This document shows, one piece after another, positions 36,730-49,889 of a stretch of DNA of 64,000 nt. Source of the stretch: Raja brachyura (Eukaryota); the NCBI GenBank assembly GCA_963514005.1, contig OY740826.1, positions 558,001-622,000 of the forward strand, given 5' to 3'. Made by a program: the position numbers and the translations under genes. A model generated the notes under the pieces. The model worked only from the letters and a program-made list of their open reading frames with translations, did not search any database and was not told where the DNA came from. The first letter of the stretch is position 1. Each line of letters opens with the position of its first letter.

Positions 36730-38990
36730 GACTAGTGGGGTACCGCAGCTATTTACAATATACATAATTAGACGAAGGGATTCAAAGTAACATTAGCCAA
36801 TTTGCAGATTACACAACGCTGGGTGGCGGTGTGAACTGTGAGGAGGATTCTATGAGAATGCAGGGTGACTTGGATAGGTTGGGTGAGTGGACAGATGCAT
36901 GACAGATGCAGTTTAATGTGGATGAATGTGAGGTTATCCACTTTGGTAGCAAAAACAGGAAGGCAGATTATTATCTAAATGGTGTCAAGTTGGGAAAAGC
37001 GGAAGTACAACGGGATCTGGGGGTCCTTGTTCATCAGTCAATGAAAGTAAACATGCAGGTACAGCAGGCATGAAAAAAGCGAATGGCTTGCTGGCCTTCA
37101 TAACAATTGTTGCATATAGGAGTAAAGAGGTCTTTCTGCAGTTGTATAGGGCCCTAGTGAGACCACACCTGGAGTATTGTGTGCAGTTTTGATCCCCTAA
37201 TTTGAGGAAAGAGATTTGAGGAAAGACACTAAGAGCGCCACATTGATGGCAGCCTCTGTCTACAGTCTGTATGTTTTTTCTATCATTTTTAAATTTTAGT
37301 TTGTCTTAACAGTTTGTTTTGGAGGATTCTTTAGTTTTTCTATGTGGGGGACGGGGGTAGGGTTAGGGGGAAACCATTTCCCCGTCCCTTCCTGGCGAGG
37401 ACGCGACTATTCTCCGAGTCATGTCCTCGCCCCCCTCCTCGTGGCCTACTAACTGGATTGGCGCGGCCTTTCCTGCCGGGGACCGGGGACCGGGGAACGG
37501 ACCAGAGCTCCAGCAGCGGCTGCACAGCGCTGGATTCACGCTGGAGCGCTGGAGCGGGGCGCTGGTGCGGGGCGATGCCTGCGTGGATTGCCATTTGAAG
37601 CTCCGGAGTGTTGGGCCTGAATCATCAACATCGCAGAGCTGTGGTGCGTAGAGCTCCCAGTGCGTGCGGTGCTGACTTCAACATCGCGGAGTCCTGGGAT
37701 CACTTTGCCGAGGGCTGCCAGCGTGAATTTCTGCCCAGCGTGAATTTCCGCGGACTCCGGTAGGAAGTGGCCGATTCGGAGGTCCAAGCAGCGGAGGTTG
37801 TTCTCCCATCCCGACGTCGGAGTTCCATCATCCCGGCCAGCAGGCCTGAGCAGCGGGCCGCACATAGCGGTGACTGCGGGGGGCTCGGGAGGCCCCGACC
37901 ACGTGTGAAGATCAAGAACATCAGAGGAAGAGGACTGACTTTGTGCCTTCCCTCACAGTGGGAAACGTCGATACTGCTGTGTGGGGATGTTTTATGGTGG
38001 ACTCTATCGTGCGTTGTGTTCTTTGCTTTATTTGTATAGCTGTATGGTGACCACACATTCCACTGTACCAACTGGCACATGTGACAAATAAATGTATCTT
38101 GTAACTTGTCTTGTATCTTGAGGGAGTGCAGCATAGGTTCACAAGATTAATTCCCAGGATGGCGGCACTGTCATATGCTGTGAAAATGGAGCAGCTGGGC
38201 TTGTATACTCTGGAATTTAGAAGGATGAGAAGGGATCTTATTGAAACATAAGATTATTAATGGTTTGGACAATCTAACCATATAATAACCATATAACAAT
38301 TACAGCACGGAAACAGGCCTTCTCGGCCCTTCCAGTCCGTGACGACCATTTATTTTCCCCAGTCCCATCTACCTGCACACAGACCATACCCCTCCATTCC
38401 CTTCCCGTCCATATACCTATCCACTTTACTTTTAAATGTTAAAATCGATCCTGCCTCCACCACTTCTGCTGGAAGATCATTCCACACAGCCACCACTCTC
38501 TGAGTGAAGAAGTTCCCCCTCATGTTACCCCTAAACTTCTGTCCCTTAATTCTCATGTCATGCCCTCTTGTTTGAATCTTCCCTACCCTCAATGGGAAAA
38601 GCTTATCCACGTCAACTCTGTCTATCCCTTTCATCATTTTAAAGACCTCAATCAAGTCCCTCCTTAACTTTCTGCGCTCCAAAGAATCTAGAGGAAGGAA
38701 ACATGTTCCCGATGTTGGGGGAGTCCAGAACCAGGGGCCACAGTTTAAGATTACGGGGTAAGGCATTTAGAATGGAGATGAGGGAACACTTTTTCCACAC
38801 AGAGAGTTGTGAGTCTGTGGAATTCTCTACCGCAGAGGGTGGTGGAGGCCGGTTCTCTGGCCTTAAAGGGCTCTTAAAGATAGCGGAGTCAGGGGATATG
38901 GGGAGAAGGCAGGAACGGCTTACTGATTGTGGATGATCAGCCAAGGGTTCAAAGGGCCAGGTGGCATATTCCTGCACCTATTGTCTATTG
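36730..38990 (+). mobile_element. CR1 RT/3' fragment interrupted by a SINE-like element (37230-38115) and an antisense CR1-B piece (38275-38687)
   Basis: CR1 ORF2 sequence resumes after each insert. Confidence 0.8.
37230..38115 (+). mobile_element. GC-rich long SINE-like retroposon, related family
   Basis: Shares the 3' motif gactttg..ccttcc.tcacagtg with 34665-35515; AATAAA plus (TCTTG)-type tail. Confidence 0.6.
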
Positions 38991-39129
38991 TTTTTGATTC
39001 CTCTACACTGGGAGTAAAATGGGCTGGGAGATTGCAACCTTCATGTGGTCCTCCCTGTTATGACGAGTTGTCCTACAACTTTAGGCTGTGCACACCATAT
39101 GGAAGAAGAAGGGAGTAAAATACTGCATT

Positions 39130-42100
39130 TACACTTCCATTAGATCTCCCCTCATCCTCCTGCGCTCCAAGAATAACATCCTAGCCTGCCCAACTTCTCT
39201 CTGTGCCTAAGGCCGCTCGAGTCCTGGCAAAACCCTCGTAAATCTTCTCTGCACTTTTTCCAACTGAGGTCCCAAGTCTATCCCAGGCAGTTTGGAGTTT
39301 AGTTGGTGTTTGTGGGTGTATGGAACGAGCTGCCAGAGGATATAGTTGAGGCAGATACTATCAAAATGGTTGAAAGACACTTGGCTAGATACATAGATAA
39401 GAAATAGACACAAAAGCTGGAGTAACTCAGCGGGAAAGGCAGCATTTCTGGAGAGAAGGAATGGGTGACTTTTCAGGTTGGGACAAAAACTGGAGAAATT
39501 ATTCCAGCTTTTTGGGTAGATCTTTGGTTTAAACCAGCATCTGTCATTCCTTCCTATTCATGGATAGGGAATGTTAAGAGGGATATGGGCCAAACAGGGG
39601 CTAGTGTAGATGGGGCATGTTGGTCGGTGTGGGAAAGTTGGGCCGATGGTCTGTTTCCATGCTGTATGACTATGACTCTAAGACTTAGGGCTTTGTCTTA
39701 CTATATATCTTTTTGGTTTAATACAATTATTTACATAGATACATTGAAAGTAGGTGCAGGATTAGGCCATTCGGCCCTTTTAGCAGCACCGCCATTCAAT
39801 GTGATCATGGCTGATCATCCACAATCAGTACCCCGTTCCTGCCTTCTCCCCATATCTCTTATTGCCGCTGCCGTCAGAGCTATCTAAATCTCTTTTGAAT
39901 GCATCCAGTGATTCGGCTTCACAGAATCCCACAAATTCACAACTCCCTGGGTGAAAATGTTTTTCCTCATCTCAGTTCTAAATGACCGAGCCCTGGTTCT
40001 GGACTCCCCCAACATCGGGACACATTTCCTTTTTCCAGTGTGTCCAATCCATTAATAATTGTATATGTTTCTATGAGATCCGCTCTCACCCTTCTAAACT
40101 CCAGTGAATACAAGCCCAGTCGTTTCATTCCTTCATCGTATCACAGTCCCCCCATCCTGGGAATTAACCTCGTGAACCTACGCTGCCCTACCTCAATAGC
40201 AAGAATGTCCTTCCTTAATTTAGGAGACCAAAACTGCACACAATACTCCAGGTGTGGTCTCACCAGGGCTCTGTACAACTGCAGAAGGAAGTCTCGTTAT
40301 GAAGACCAGCATGCCATGAGGTTCCTTCATTGCCTGCTGTACCTGCATGATTACTTTCAGTGACTGATGTACAAAGCTGCCCAGGTGTCATTGCACTTCC
40401 CCTTTTCCTAATCTGACACCATTCAGATAATAATCTGCCTTCTTGTTGATACATACATGATACAATTTATATGTTGTCATTTGAATCTCATTGAAGTTCA
40501 AATGAAATTTGGTTTCTGCAGTCATACAGCAAGAAAAAAAGAACCAAGACACAACACAATTTACACAAACATCCATCACAGCGAATCTCCTCCTCACTGT
40601 CATGGAAGGTAATGTCTTATCTCTCCCCTGCACTCCCCATTCTCCTCCCACGGCCATTAAGGCCGTGCCGGGCGATGCAAGGTCACGCTCCGGGTCTTGA
40701 TGTTGGAGCCCCTGGTGGGCGCTAGCAAGTCCCGCAGCCATTAAAGCCACGCCGGGTGATGTAAGGCCCCGCTCCAGGTCATTTTCATCCCCGCAACTCG
40801 GGCGGGAGAAGTTGCCGTTGCGGAAGCTCCAAAAAGCGGTCTCCCACCAGGGACCCGCGAGCTCCCGGTGTTACCGTCCACCGGGCCTGCAGCTGGAGCC
40901 GCCGAATCTCCGGGGTCAGGCCGCAACAGTGCGCCACCACAGCTCATCCCGTTCCAAACTCGGCCGACCCAGGTTGTTCCGGTTGGAGGCCGCTCTACGG
41001 TGTTCGGCCCCAACAACAACGGAGAACCGACAGAGAAAACGTCGGGTCTTCCGTACAGGGAAAATATTTTAAACGTCTCCCCACCCCACCCACCGCCCCC
41101 CGCACAACCACACATACCCAGTTAAAAAAAACACTATAACTACACTCAAACGAGACAAGAAAAAAAAAGACCGACGGACTGCAGAGGCCGCTGCGACGTG
41201 GGTCACTCCGCCCGCTCTGCCACCAAAAGTGGATCGCCTTACATTTATCCACATGTTTCTGTTTATTTACAGAGGTATCCATAAAGTGCATAAAAGATAT
41301 ACATGAATGTTTCGAGAATTTACTAGAATTATCCCAGGAATGATTGGGTTAATGTATATTGAGCGTTTGTTGGCACTGGGCCTGTAGTCGCTGGAGATTA
41401 GAAGGTTGACGAGGGAACTTATTGAAACTTACCGAATAGTGAAAGACCTAGATAGAGCGGATGTGGTGAGGATGTTTCCACTGGTGTGAGAGGCTAGGAC
41501 CAGTGAGCAAAGCTTCAGACTAAAAGGATGTACCTTTAGAAAGGAGTTAGAACATAGAACATAGTACATCACAGGAACAGGCCCTTCAGCCCACAATGTC
41601 TGTGCCAATCATGTTGCCAAGTTAAACTGATCTCATCTGTATATTCGTGTATAAGATCATGAGGGAAATAGGGTGAATGCACAGTTTTCTACCCCCCAGG
41701 GTAGGGGAATCAAGAACCAGATAACATACGTTTAAGATGAGAGGGGAAAGATTGAATAGGAACCTGAGGGACAACTTTTTCACACAGAGGCTGGTGGATG
41801 TAAGGAACAAGCTGCCAGAGTAGGTAGCTGAGGCAGGTACTATCACAATGTTCAAAAGACACTTAGACAGGTACATGGATAGGAAAGGTTTAGAAGGATA
41901 TGGGCCTAACACAGACAGGTGGGACTAGTAAAAATGATACATGTTCTCTCTTCAGTTTAAACCAGCATCTCTGCAGTTCCTTTATCCACATAGAGATGGG
42001 ACAGGTTGGTCGGCGTGGACAAGTTGGGCCGAAAGGCCTGTTTTCACACTGTGTGCCTATGACTTTGAGCTTTGTGTTTGCACTATGTTATCTTTTTATT

Positions 42101-42230
42101 TAATACATTTATTTTTCTGTTATGGCAGATGGAGTATAATCCAAACAAGTGTGTGAGGTGTTGCACTTTGGGAAGTCGAATGAAAGGGGAAAGTCTACAG
42201 TTAATGGCAAGAACCTTAATATAAAGGTGT
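39130..42230. mobile_element. Cluster of truncated CR1 and Penelope-terminal fragments on both strands
   Basis: Recognisable CR1 ORF2 C-termini and 3' UTRs at 39130-39265(-), 39300-39680(+), 39740-40450(-), 41310-41550(+) and 41650-42070(+). Confidence 0.7.
40455..41225 (-). mobile_element. GC-rich long SINE-like retroposon, copy 2
   Basis: Reverse-complement homology to 34665-35515. Confidence 0.7.
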
Positions 42231-42234
42231 ACAA

Positions 42235-42765
42235 AGGGGAGAGAGAGAGGGAAAGAGAGAAAGTGGAAGGGGGTGAGACAGAGAGGAGAGAAGGATACAG
42301 AAAAAAAGAAAGAGAGGGAGAGGGGAGAGAGATGGGGCAGACAGGGAGACACAGAGAAGGAGGGAGAGATAGATATACAGAGAGAGAAAGGGAGGAAGAG
42401 AGGAAAGAGGGAAGGAGACAGGGAGGGGGTGAAGAGAACAGGTAGAGAGAGAAAAAGAGAGAGAGATGGGGAGAGAGAGATGGGTGGGGAGAGGGGAATG
42501 GCAGAGAGAGGGGGAAAGAGAAACAGAGAAAGTGTTAAAAGAGGAAGAAAGAGATGGAGATAGCAGGGTCAGAGGTATAGGCATAGAGAAAGGGATGCAG
42601 AGAGGGGTGGAGAGTGGGAGAGGGATAAATATATATATATATATGAAAGAAACAGATACAGAGAGAGAGGGAGAGAGAGAATGTAGAGAGAGATGCAGAG
42701 AGAGAGAGAGTGGGAGAGAAAGGAAGAGAGGGAAAGAGAGAGGGAGAAATACAGAGAGAGAGGAC
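42235..42765. repeat. GA-rich polypurine low-complexity tract
   Basis: Direct reading. Confidence 0.9.
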
Positions 42766-44790
42766 TGACTCTGGACATTAGCCCACCCACTTTCACTCAG
42801 TTTGTTGACTGTCCCACTAGGGATATGAAAATATTGGACCTGCTGTATGCCAATGAGAAAGAGGCGTACAGCTCCATAGCCCGTCTGCCATGGGGAATAT
42901 CCGACCACAACCTGGTTCACCTCCTATCCAGGTATACGCCAATCATCCAGAGGCTGCCTGTGGCCACAAGGTCAGTACGGAGGTGGTCACACTAGGCCTA
43001 TGATGCTCCACAGGGCTGTTTTAAGCACACAGATTGGGACGCCCTTGTAGTTCCCATGGAGAGGACATTGATGGACTTACGGACTGTGTTACCAGCTCCA
43101 TATAGTTCTGTGTGGATAACGTCTCAGAGGAGACTGTGCACTGTTGCCCCAACAACAAGTCCAGGGTCACCAGTGACATAAATACCCTTCTCAACCAGAA
43201 GAAGAGGGCCTTCAGGTCTGGTGACAGGGAGGAGGTGGAACAGGCACAGAAAGACCTGAAGGCCAGAATGAGACAGGGCAAGGCCAACTACAGGAGGATG
43301 TTGGAGGGGAAACCTCAGCAGAACAACATGAGGGATGTGTGGAGTGGGATGAAGAGCATTGCAGGCTACAAGGATACCAGTGGCCTGGGGAGGGAAAGCA
43401 ATCAGGACCGGGCCAACGAGCTAAACCTGTTTTTAATAGATTTGATGGTGGTGGCTCTGCCCAACCTCCCACCTGCTCCCCGACAGTCTCTCCCCCTCAA
43501 TCCCCCTGATTTACTTCCGCTGCCCTTTCTTTGCCGCCCGTGCCAGACCATTAAGGCTGAGCTGGTGAGGAAGGAACCGAGCAGATTCCACCCAGGAACA
43601 TCTACGGGTCCCGATGGTGTTAGCACTAGGGTACTCAAGGCATGTGCCAGCCAGTTGTCTGGAGCACTACAGCATATCTTCAACCTGAGCCTGAAAGGGT
43701 TCCTGTGATATGGAAGACATCCTGCCTGGTTCCTGACCAGAGCGGACGTGCCCCACCCAGCTCCTCCAGACTACAGGCCTTTGGCTCTGACTTCACACAT
43801 CATGAAGTCCCTGGAGAAGCTGGTGCTCACTCACCTGTGACCCCTGGTTAAGCCCTACCTGGACACCCTGCTGTTCGCTGAACCAAGATGGGCGTTAAGG
43901 ACGCCATCATCCTCCTGGTCCATCGTTCCTATGCTCACCTGGATAAGTGGAGAAGCATTGTGTGAGTCATGTTTTTTTACTTCTCCAGTGTTTTTAACAT
44001 GATCTGGCCTGCGCTGCCTGGGGGCAAACTGACGAAGATGCGGGTTGATGCTCCATTGATGTCCTGGATCACCAAGTACCTGACTGGACGACCCTAATAT
44101 GTCAGGTTACAGAACTGTGTCTCAAACATGGTGGTGAGCAACACAGGGGCCCCATAGGGGACGGTCCTCTCTCCCTTCCAGTGTACCATCTGCACCTCGG
44201 ACTTCAGTTATAACCTCGCCTCCTGCCACCTGCAGAGGTTTTCAGTTGACTCTGCAATTAGGACCACCCCTGTCCGCTGTTTCCATCAATGGTGTGGATG
44301 TGCAGTTTACCAGGGAGTACAAATATCTGGGAGAGTGCCTGGACAGTAAACTGGACAGGTCCAGGAATGCTGAGGCCCTGTACAAGATGGGACAGAACCG
44401 CCTGTACTCTTTGGGAAGTCTCTGCTCCTTCAACGTCTGCCAATGGATGGTAACCAGTGCCACCATCTTTGCTGCCATGTGCTGGGGCAGCAGAGCGGAG
44501 TCTGTGGACGGCAATAGGATCAACAAACTCGTCAAGAAGGTTGGCTCCATCCTGGGAACGGAGTTGGAATCATTGGAATTGGTCTTGGAAGGGAGGATGG
44601 TCCTCAAACAGCAGAGCATCCTGGACAATACAGCTCACCCCCTCCATGACACACTGGTCAACCTGAGGAGCATCCTCAGCAACAGACTGGTTCTAACAAG
44701 ATGGAGGACAGACCACCACAGGAGATCCTTCTTCCCTGTGGCTATCAAACATTACAACTCCTCCCCCTTCTGTCATGGGGTAGATTGAGA
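42766..44790 (+). mobile_element. Rex1/Babar-type LINE, degraded EN-RT
   Basis: SDHNLV, GPDGVS.RVLKACASQL and YKYLG...LD motifs; many stops; CR1 tail inserted at 44876-45020(-). Confidence 0.85.
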
Positions 44791-45179
44791 CTGACTCCCC
44801 CCACCCCCCCGTCCCCCACCCCGTCCCCCACCTCCTCCATCTTTGCACATCCCCAAAGCCTTTCCACTTGTCCATTTAGAAACATAGAAACATAGAAAAA
44901 TAGGTGCAGGAGTAGGACATTCGGCCCTTCGAGCCTGCACCGCCATTCAATGTGATCATGGCTGATCATCCAACTCAGTATCCCGTACCTGCCTTCTCTC
45001 CATACCCCCTGATCCCTTCATGTTTCATGTATTTAACTTCATGTTTCATGTATTTTGTGTTGTTTATGACTGTTGGCAGATTAATTTCCCTCCTGGGATG
45101 TATACAATTCTAATGTATTGTATCGTAAGAGGGGGAGGGAGGGAGAGAAATATACAGTGAGAGATGCAGAGAGAGCCTC

Positions 45180-45430
45180 TGGTAAACAGGATGTGCGGTG
45201 TCATGCTCTGACCACTCAGGGTTGACGGCATGATTTAATTTGGGCGTCGCGCTGCGTGGTGCCATGGCGTTGGACACCTGGAGCCGCCAAACCCACGGGC
45301 ACCTGGCCAAAGAAGCATCTGCTGCCCGCCCCCTCTCACTCTCGCTCTCGCTCTCTCTCCGCGAGGTATAAATAGAGGCGAAGAAGCATTTCCTCTATGT
45401 TCACTTTCACCGACCACATCGACAGCTGTG
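45180..45430 (+). promoter_or_regulatory. Candidate AID promoter / exon-1 region
   Basis: Non-repetitive island with E-boxes CACCTG (45275, 45300) and CATCTG (45316), GC box at 45325, TATAAATA at 45367, then ACCACATCGACAG, resembling the AID exon-1 end ACCACTATGGACAG. Confidence 0.45.
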
Positions 45431-45519
45431 TGAGAGAGAGGGGTGGAGAGAGAGGGAGGAGGGGAGGGAGAGAGAGGAGGAGAGTGAGAGGGTGACAGAA
45501 AGGGTAGGTGATAGGAAAA

Positions 45520-47035
45520 GAATTAGACCATTCGGCCCATCAAGTCCGCCATTCAATCATGGCTGATCTGTCTCTCCTTCCTAACCCCATTTTCCTGCCA
45601 TCGCCCCATTACCTCTGATAATTGTACTAATGAAGAATTTATCTATCTCTGCCTTAAAAATATCCATTGGCTTGGCCTCCACAGAGTTTCCACCCTGTGA
45701 CTAAATAAATTTAACCTCATCTCCTTCCTAAAAAAATGTTATTTAATTCTGAGGCTATTACCTCTACCTCGTCCTAGATTCTCCCACTAGTGGAAAAATC
45801 CTCTTCACATCCACTCTATCCAAGCCTTTCACTATTCAGTTTGATTTAATGAGGTCTCCCCTCATTCTTCTAAACTCCAGCGAGTACAAGCCTAGTGCTG
45901 ACAAACGCTCATCATAGGTAAACCTACTCATTCCTGGGATCATTCTTGTAAACCTCCTCTGGACCCTCTCCAGACCCAGTACATCCAAAATTGCTCACGA
46001 CATTCCAAACATGGTCTTACCTGCGCCTGTTGGAGCCTCCGCATTACATCCCTGTGTTTATATACAAGCCATCTTGAAATAAATGCTAGTATTGAGTTTG
46101 CTTTCTTTGCTACCAATTCGACTTGCAGATAATTTTTTGGGGAATCCTGCACCAGTACGCACAAGTCCCTTTGCACCTCCAATTTCTGGATTCTCTCCCT
46201 GTTTGGAAAATAGTCTACGCTTTTACTCCTACTACCAAAATGCATGACTCCACAATTTGCTACATTATATTCCATCTGCCATTTCTCTGCCCACTCTACC
46301 AACCTGTCTAAGTCCTTCTACAGAGTCCCTGCTTTCTCTACACTACCTGCCCTTCCAGCTATTTTCATATAATCCGCAAACTTGACCACAAAGCCTTCCA
46401 TCCCCTCGTCCAAATCATTAATCTACAACGTGAAGAGTAGCGGCCCCAGTACTGATCCCTGCGGAACTCCGCTAGTCACTGGCAGCCGACCAGAAAAATT
46501 CACTCTTTGTCTTCTGCTACCCATGCTATCTGCTTTGATACCGTGGCTCTCATCTCCATTAGCAGCCTCACGTGGCACCTTGTCAAAGGCATTCTGAAAA
46601 TCTAAGTAAACAACATCTACTGACTCTCCTTCGCCTGTCCTGCTATCTACTTCTTCAAAGAATTCCAGCGGATTTGTCAAGCAAGACCTCCCCTTCCCAA
46701 ATCCATGCTGACTTCGACCTATTTTATCGTGAACATCTAAGTACTCCATAATCTCATCCTTCATAATGGACTCTAAAATCTAACCAACCACCGGTCATAC
46801 TTCAGCGGTCAACCTATAGTTCCCACTCGTCTGCTTTGCTCCCTTGTGCAGAGGGGAAATATTGGCAATTTTCCAATTATCTGTGACCTCTCCTGTCTCT
46901 AGTGATTCTTGAAATATCACAGTCAATGCCTCCACAATCACTAAAGCCATCTCTTTGAGAACCCTAGGGTGTAGTCCATCTGGTCCAGGTGACTTATCCA
47001 ACATCAGCCCTTTCAGCTTCCCAAGTACCTTCTCT
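45520..47035 (-). mobile_element. Degraded CR1 LINE RT region and 3' end
   Basis: Minus-strand ORFs with SPGPDGLHPRVLKE, LDFQNAFDKV and [10 protein letters not shown]. Confidence 0.88.
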
Positions 47036-47224
47036 ATGACTCATAGAGTCATACAGCACAGAAACAGGCTCTTCGGCCCCACTTGCCCATGCTGATCAAC
47101 ATGCCCCATCTACACTAGGCCCAGCTGCCTGTATTTGGAGGAGCGGGTGATGGGGAAGGGAGTGTGTGACGGGACTGTGATTCGGGAGGTGTGTGACAGA
47201 CAGTACAGTGGGATCTTCACAGTT

Positions 47225-48292
47225 ATTTTAGGTTAAATATATTTGGTATTTAAGAATGTTTGTTTTACTATTTATTATGGTGGTGGGTTTGTTGGTATTG
47301 TTTTGTATTGTACATATAATTTGTAAATAATACATGTATTTTTGGTTAAAAAATGTTTGTGTGTGTGTGTAATGGGACAGTGCGGAGGGAGCTTTATTTT
47401 TTGCCCCCTAACAAGGAGTTTTTATTCAATTAAACACAAATACAGAGTCCTAAACAAAATCAAGACTGCCATTGGTAGTCCTGTCAAAGTTATCAAATTA
47501 AAATGTTGTTAACCTTAGCGCCAATACACTCGACCCCCCCGCAGCGACCAGCATTGATGGGAGGCCTAAAGAGTAACTATAGACATTGTGTGCTCCCTCT
47601 CCATGGACACACGGGCCCAGATGTAGGCCCAGGAGGAGAGGGACAGGCAGTCGATTGTGGCAGAACCCTCCAGTGCCCGGTGCCTGGACCCACAAATGGA
47701 CATCTTGGAGGAATAAACCGACAGGGAGATTCCACTGCCCCAATCGACCCTCCCCCTCCATGTCGGGTGACCAAAGATCAGGAGCGTGTTGCCACTTTTG
47801 CGGGCTGGATGAGTCGGTGTTCCACGTATGTATGGAGTGTGTGAGGTTGAGCCTCTATTCCAATATCTAAAGGGGCTGCTCTTTGCCTTCTGGCTGCACT
47901 TCACACTCACCACCCTCATCCTTGGACACCCTGTGCGTAGGGGAGAGGGTAAAGCTGAAGATGTCCTGGTTGGGTTGCTCCTGGGCCTGGCCAAGATGAC
48001 TATCTTCGAGTCACGGTGCCAGGTGGAAGAGGCCTCTGCCCGAGCTGGCTGCTTGCCCTTTTCCTGGGTGGTACTTGAGAGGGAATGTGTGCTGTCCACG
48101 GGCTCCCTGGTGGATTTCCACTACCGCTGGGCACCACGGGTTGTGGAATGCATTCTTAATAAGGATGGGGAAATAGTCATTTAAGAATATTTGTTTTACT
48201 TGCATTATGGTGGTGGGTGCGTTTGTATTTTTTTTGTTTTGTACATATTATCGTAAATAATTGATTACATTTATTTTTGGCTCAAAAAATAA
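47225..48292. mobile_element. Three L1/Tx1-clade 3' fragments (47225-47352 +, ~47395-47770 -, ~47771-48292 +)
   Basis: C-terminal CCHFCGLDESVFHVCMEC zinc knuckle; duplicated T-rich 3' UTR with A tail. Confidence 0.7.
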
Positions 48293-48317
48293 CCGGTGTG
48301 GAGGGATAGAATGTGTG

Positions 48318-48900
48318 ATGGAGAGGGGAGTGTGACAGGATGGTGTGGAGAGGGGAGTGCGACAGGATAGTGCAGAGAGGGGAGTGTGACGGGATGGTAT
48401 GGAGAGGGGAGTGTGACGGGATGGTGTGGAGAGGGGAGTGTGACAGGATAGTACGGAGAGGGGAGTGTGACGGGATGGTGTGGAGAGGGGAGTGTGACAG
48501 GATAGTGCGGAGAGGGGAGTGTGACGGGATGGTATGGAGAGGGGAGTGTGACGGGATGGTGTGGAGAGGGGAGTGTGACAGGATAGTACGGAGAGGGGAG
48601 TGTGACGGGATGGTGTGGAGAGGGGAGTGTGACAGGATAGTGCGGAGAGGGGAGTGTGACGGGATGGTATGGAGAGGGGAGTGTGACGGGATGGTGTGGA
48701 GAGGGGAGTGTGACAGGATAGTGCGGAGAGGGGAGTGTGACGGGATGGTGCGGAGAGGGGAGTGTGTGTCAGGATGGTACGGAGAGGGGAGTGTGACGGG
48801 ATGGTGCGGAGAGGGGAGTGTGCCAGGATGGTGCGGAGAGGGGAGTGTAACAGGATGGTGCAGAGAGGGGAGTGTGTGACAGGATAGTATGGAGGGTGGA
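48318..48900 (+). repeat. 27-bp G-rich minisatellite with a 135-bp higher-order period
   Basis: Unit ggagaggggagtgtgacRggatRgtRY; the variant order repeats every five units. Confidence 0.92.
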
Positions 48901-49179
48901 CTATGTGATGGGACAGTGCGAGTGTGTGATGGGATGGTGCCGGGAGTGGAGTGTGTGACGGGACGGTGCAGAAGGAGGAAGTTGTGGGTGCTGCGACGGT
49001 GAGCAGGGTAAACTCCCCCTTCCCCCACTGGGCGATGCAAGTAAGGGGCGTGTGGGCGTTCACGATGAAGAACTTAGCTCTGTACCTGTTTGATGTTACT
49101 CCTGCAAAGACTTTCACTGATCGAGACCAGACGACTGAATCTACATCGACAGAGGCAGTGATCGCCCTTCCTCAAGCGA

Positions 49180-49260
49180 TGGAGAGGTGGGAGGGCAGAA
49201 AGGGGATGAGGGATAGAAAAAGAGAGAGGAAAGAGGAAGAACAGGGAGAGAGAGAGGGGG

Positions 49261-49295
<35 letters not shown>

Positions 49296-49842
49296 GAAGT
49301 GAAAGAGGGAGAGAAAGAAAGAGAGCGAGGGGGGAGAGTAAGTAGGAGAGAGAGAAGGGAGAGGAGAAAGACTGGGAAGAGGGGAGGGGGAGTGAGAGGG
49401 ATGCAGAGAATGCAGCAGAGAATGGTGGGAAGAGAGGGGGAGACAGAATGCATGTGTGTATGTATGGGGAGAGATAGAGGGTGATAGAGTGGGAGACAGG
49501 AGAGAGATGGGAGAGGAGCAAAACTGGGAAGAGGGGGTGTGAGAGGGATGCAGGGAATGGAGAGAGAGAGATGAAAGGGAGAGTGAGAAGCAGGGAAGGA
49601 CAAACTGAAGGAAGGCGAGGGAGACAGATAGGGAGAGAAAGGGAAGGAAGGAGAGGGAGCAAGAGGGAGAGGGAGGGAGAGAGAGAGAGAGTGGGGGGGA
49701 AGCAGAGAATGGAGGAGAGGGAGAGATAGGGCGAGGAATTTCGGACTGACTGCAGTGAGAGGGGAGATTATCAGATGAGATTATCACTGCACTGTTTATA
49801 GATCTCCGCTGCCCATCTGTGTGAAACATAGAGGGGGGGGGG

Positions 49843-49889
<47 letters not shown>

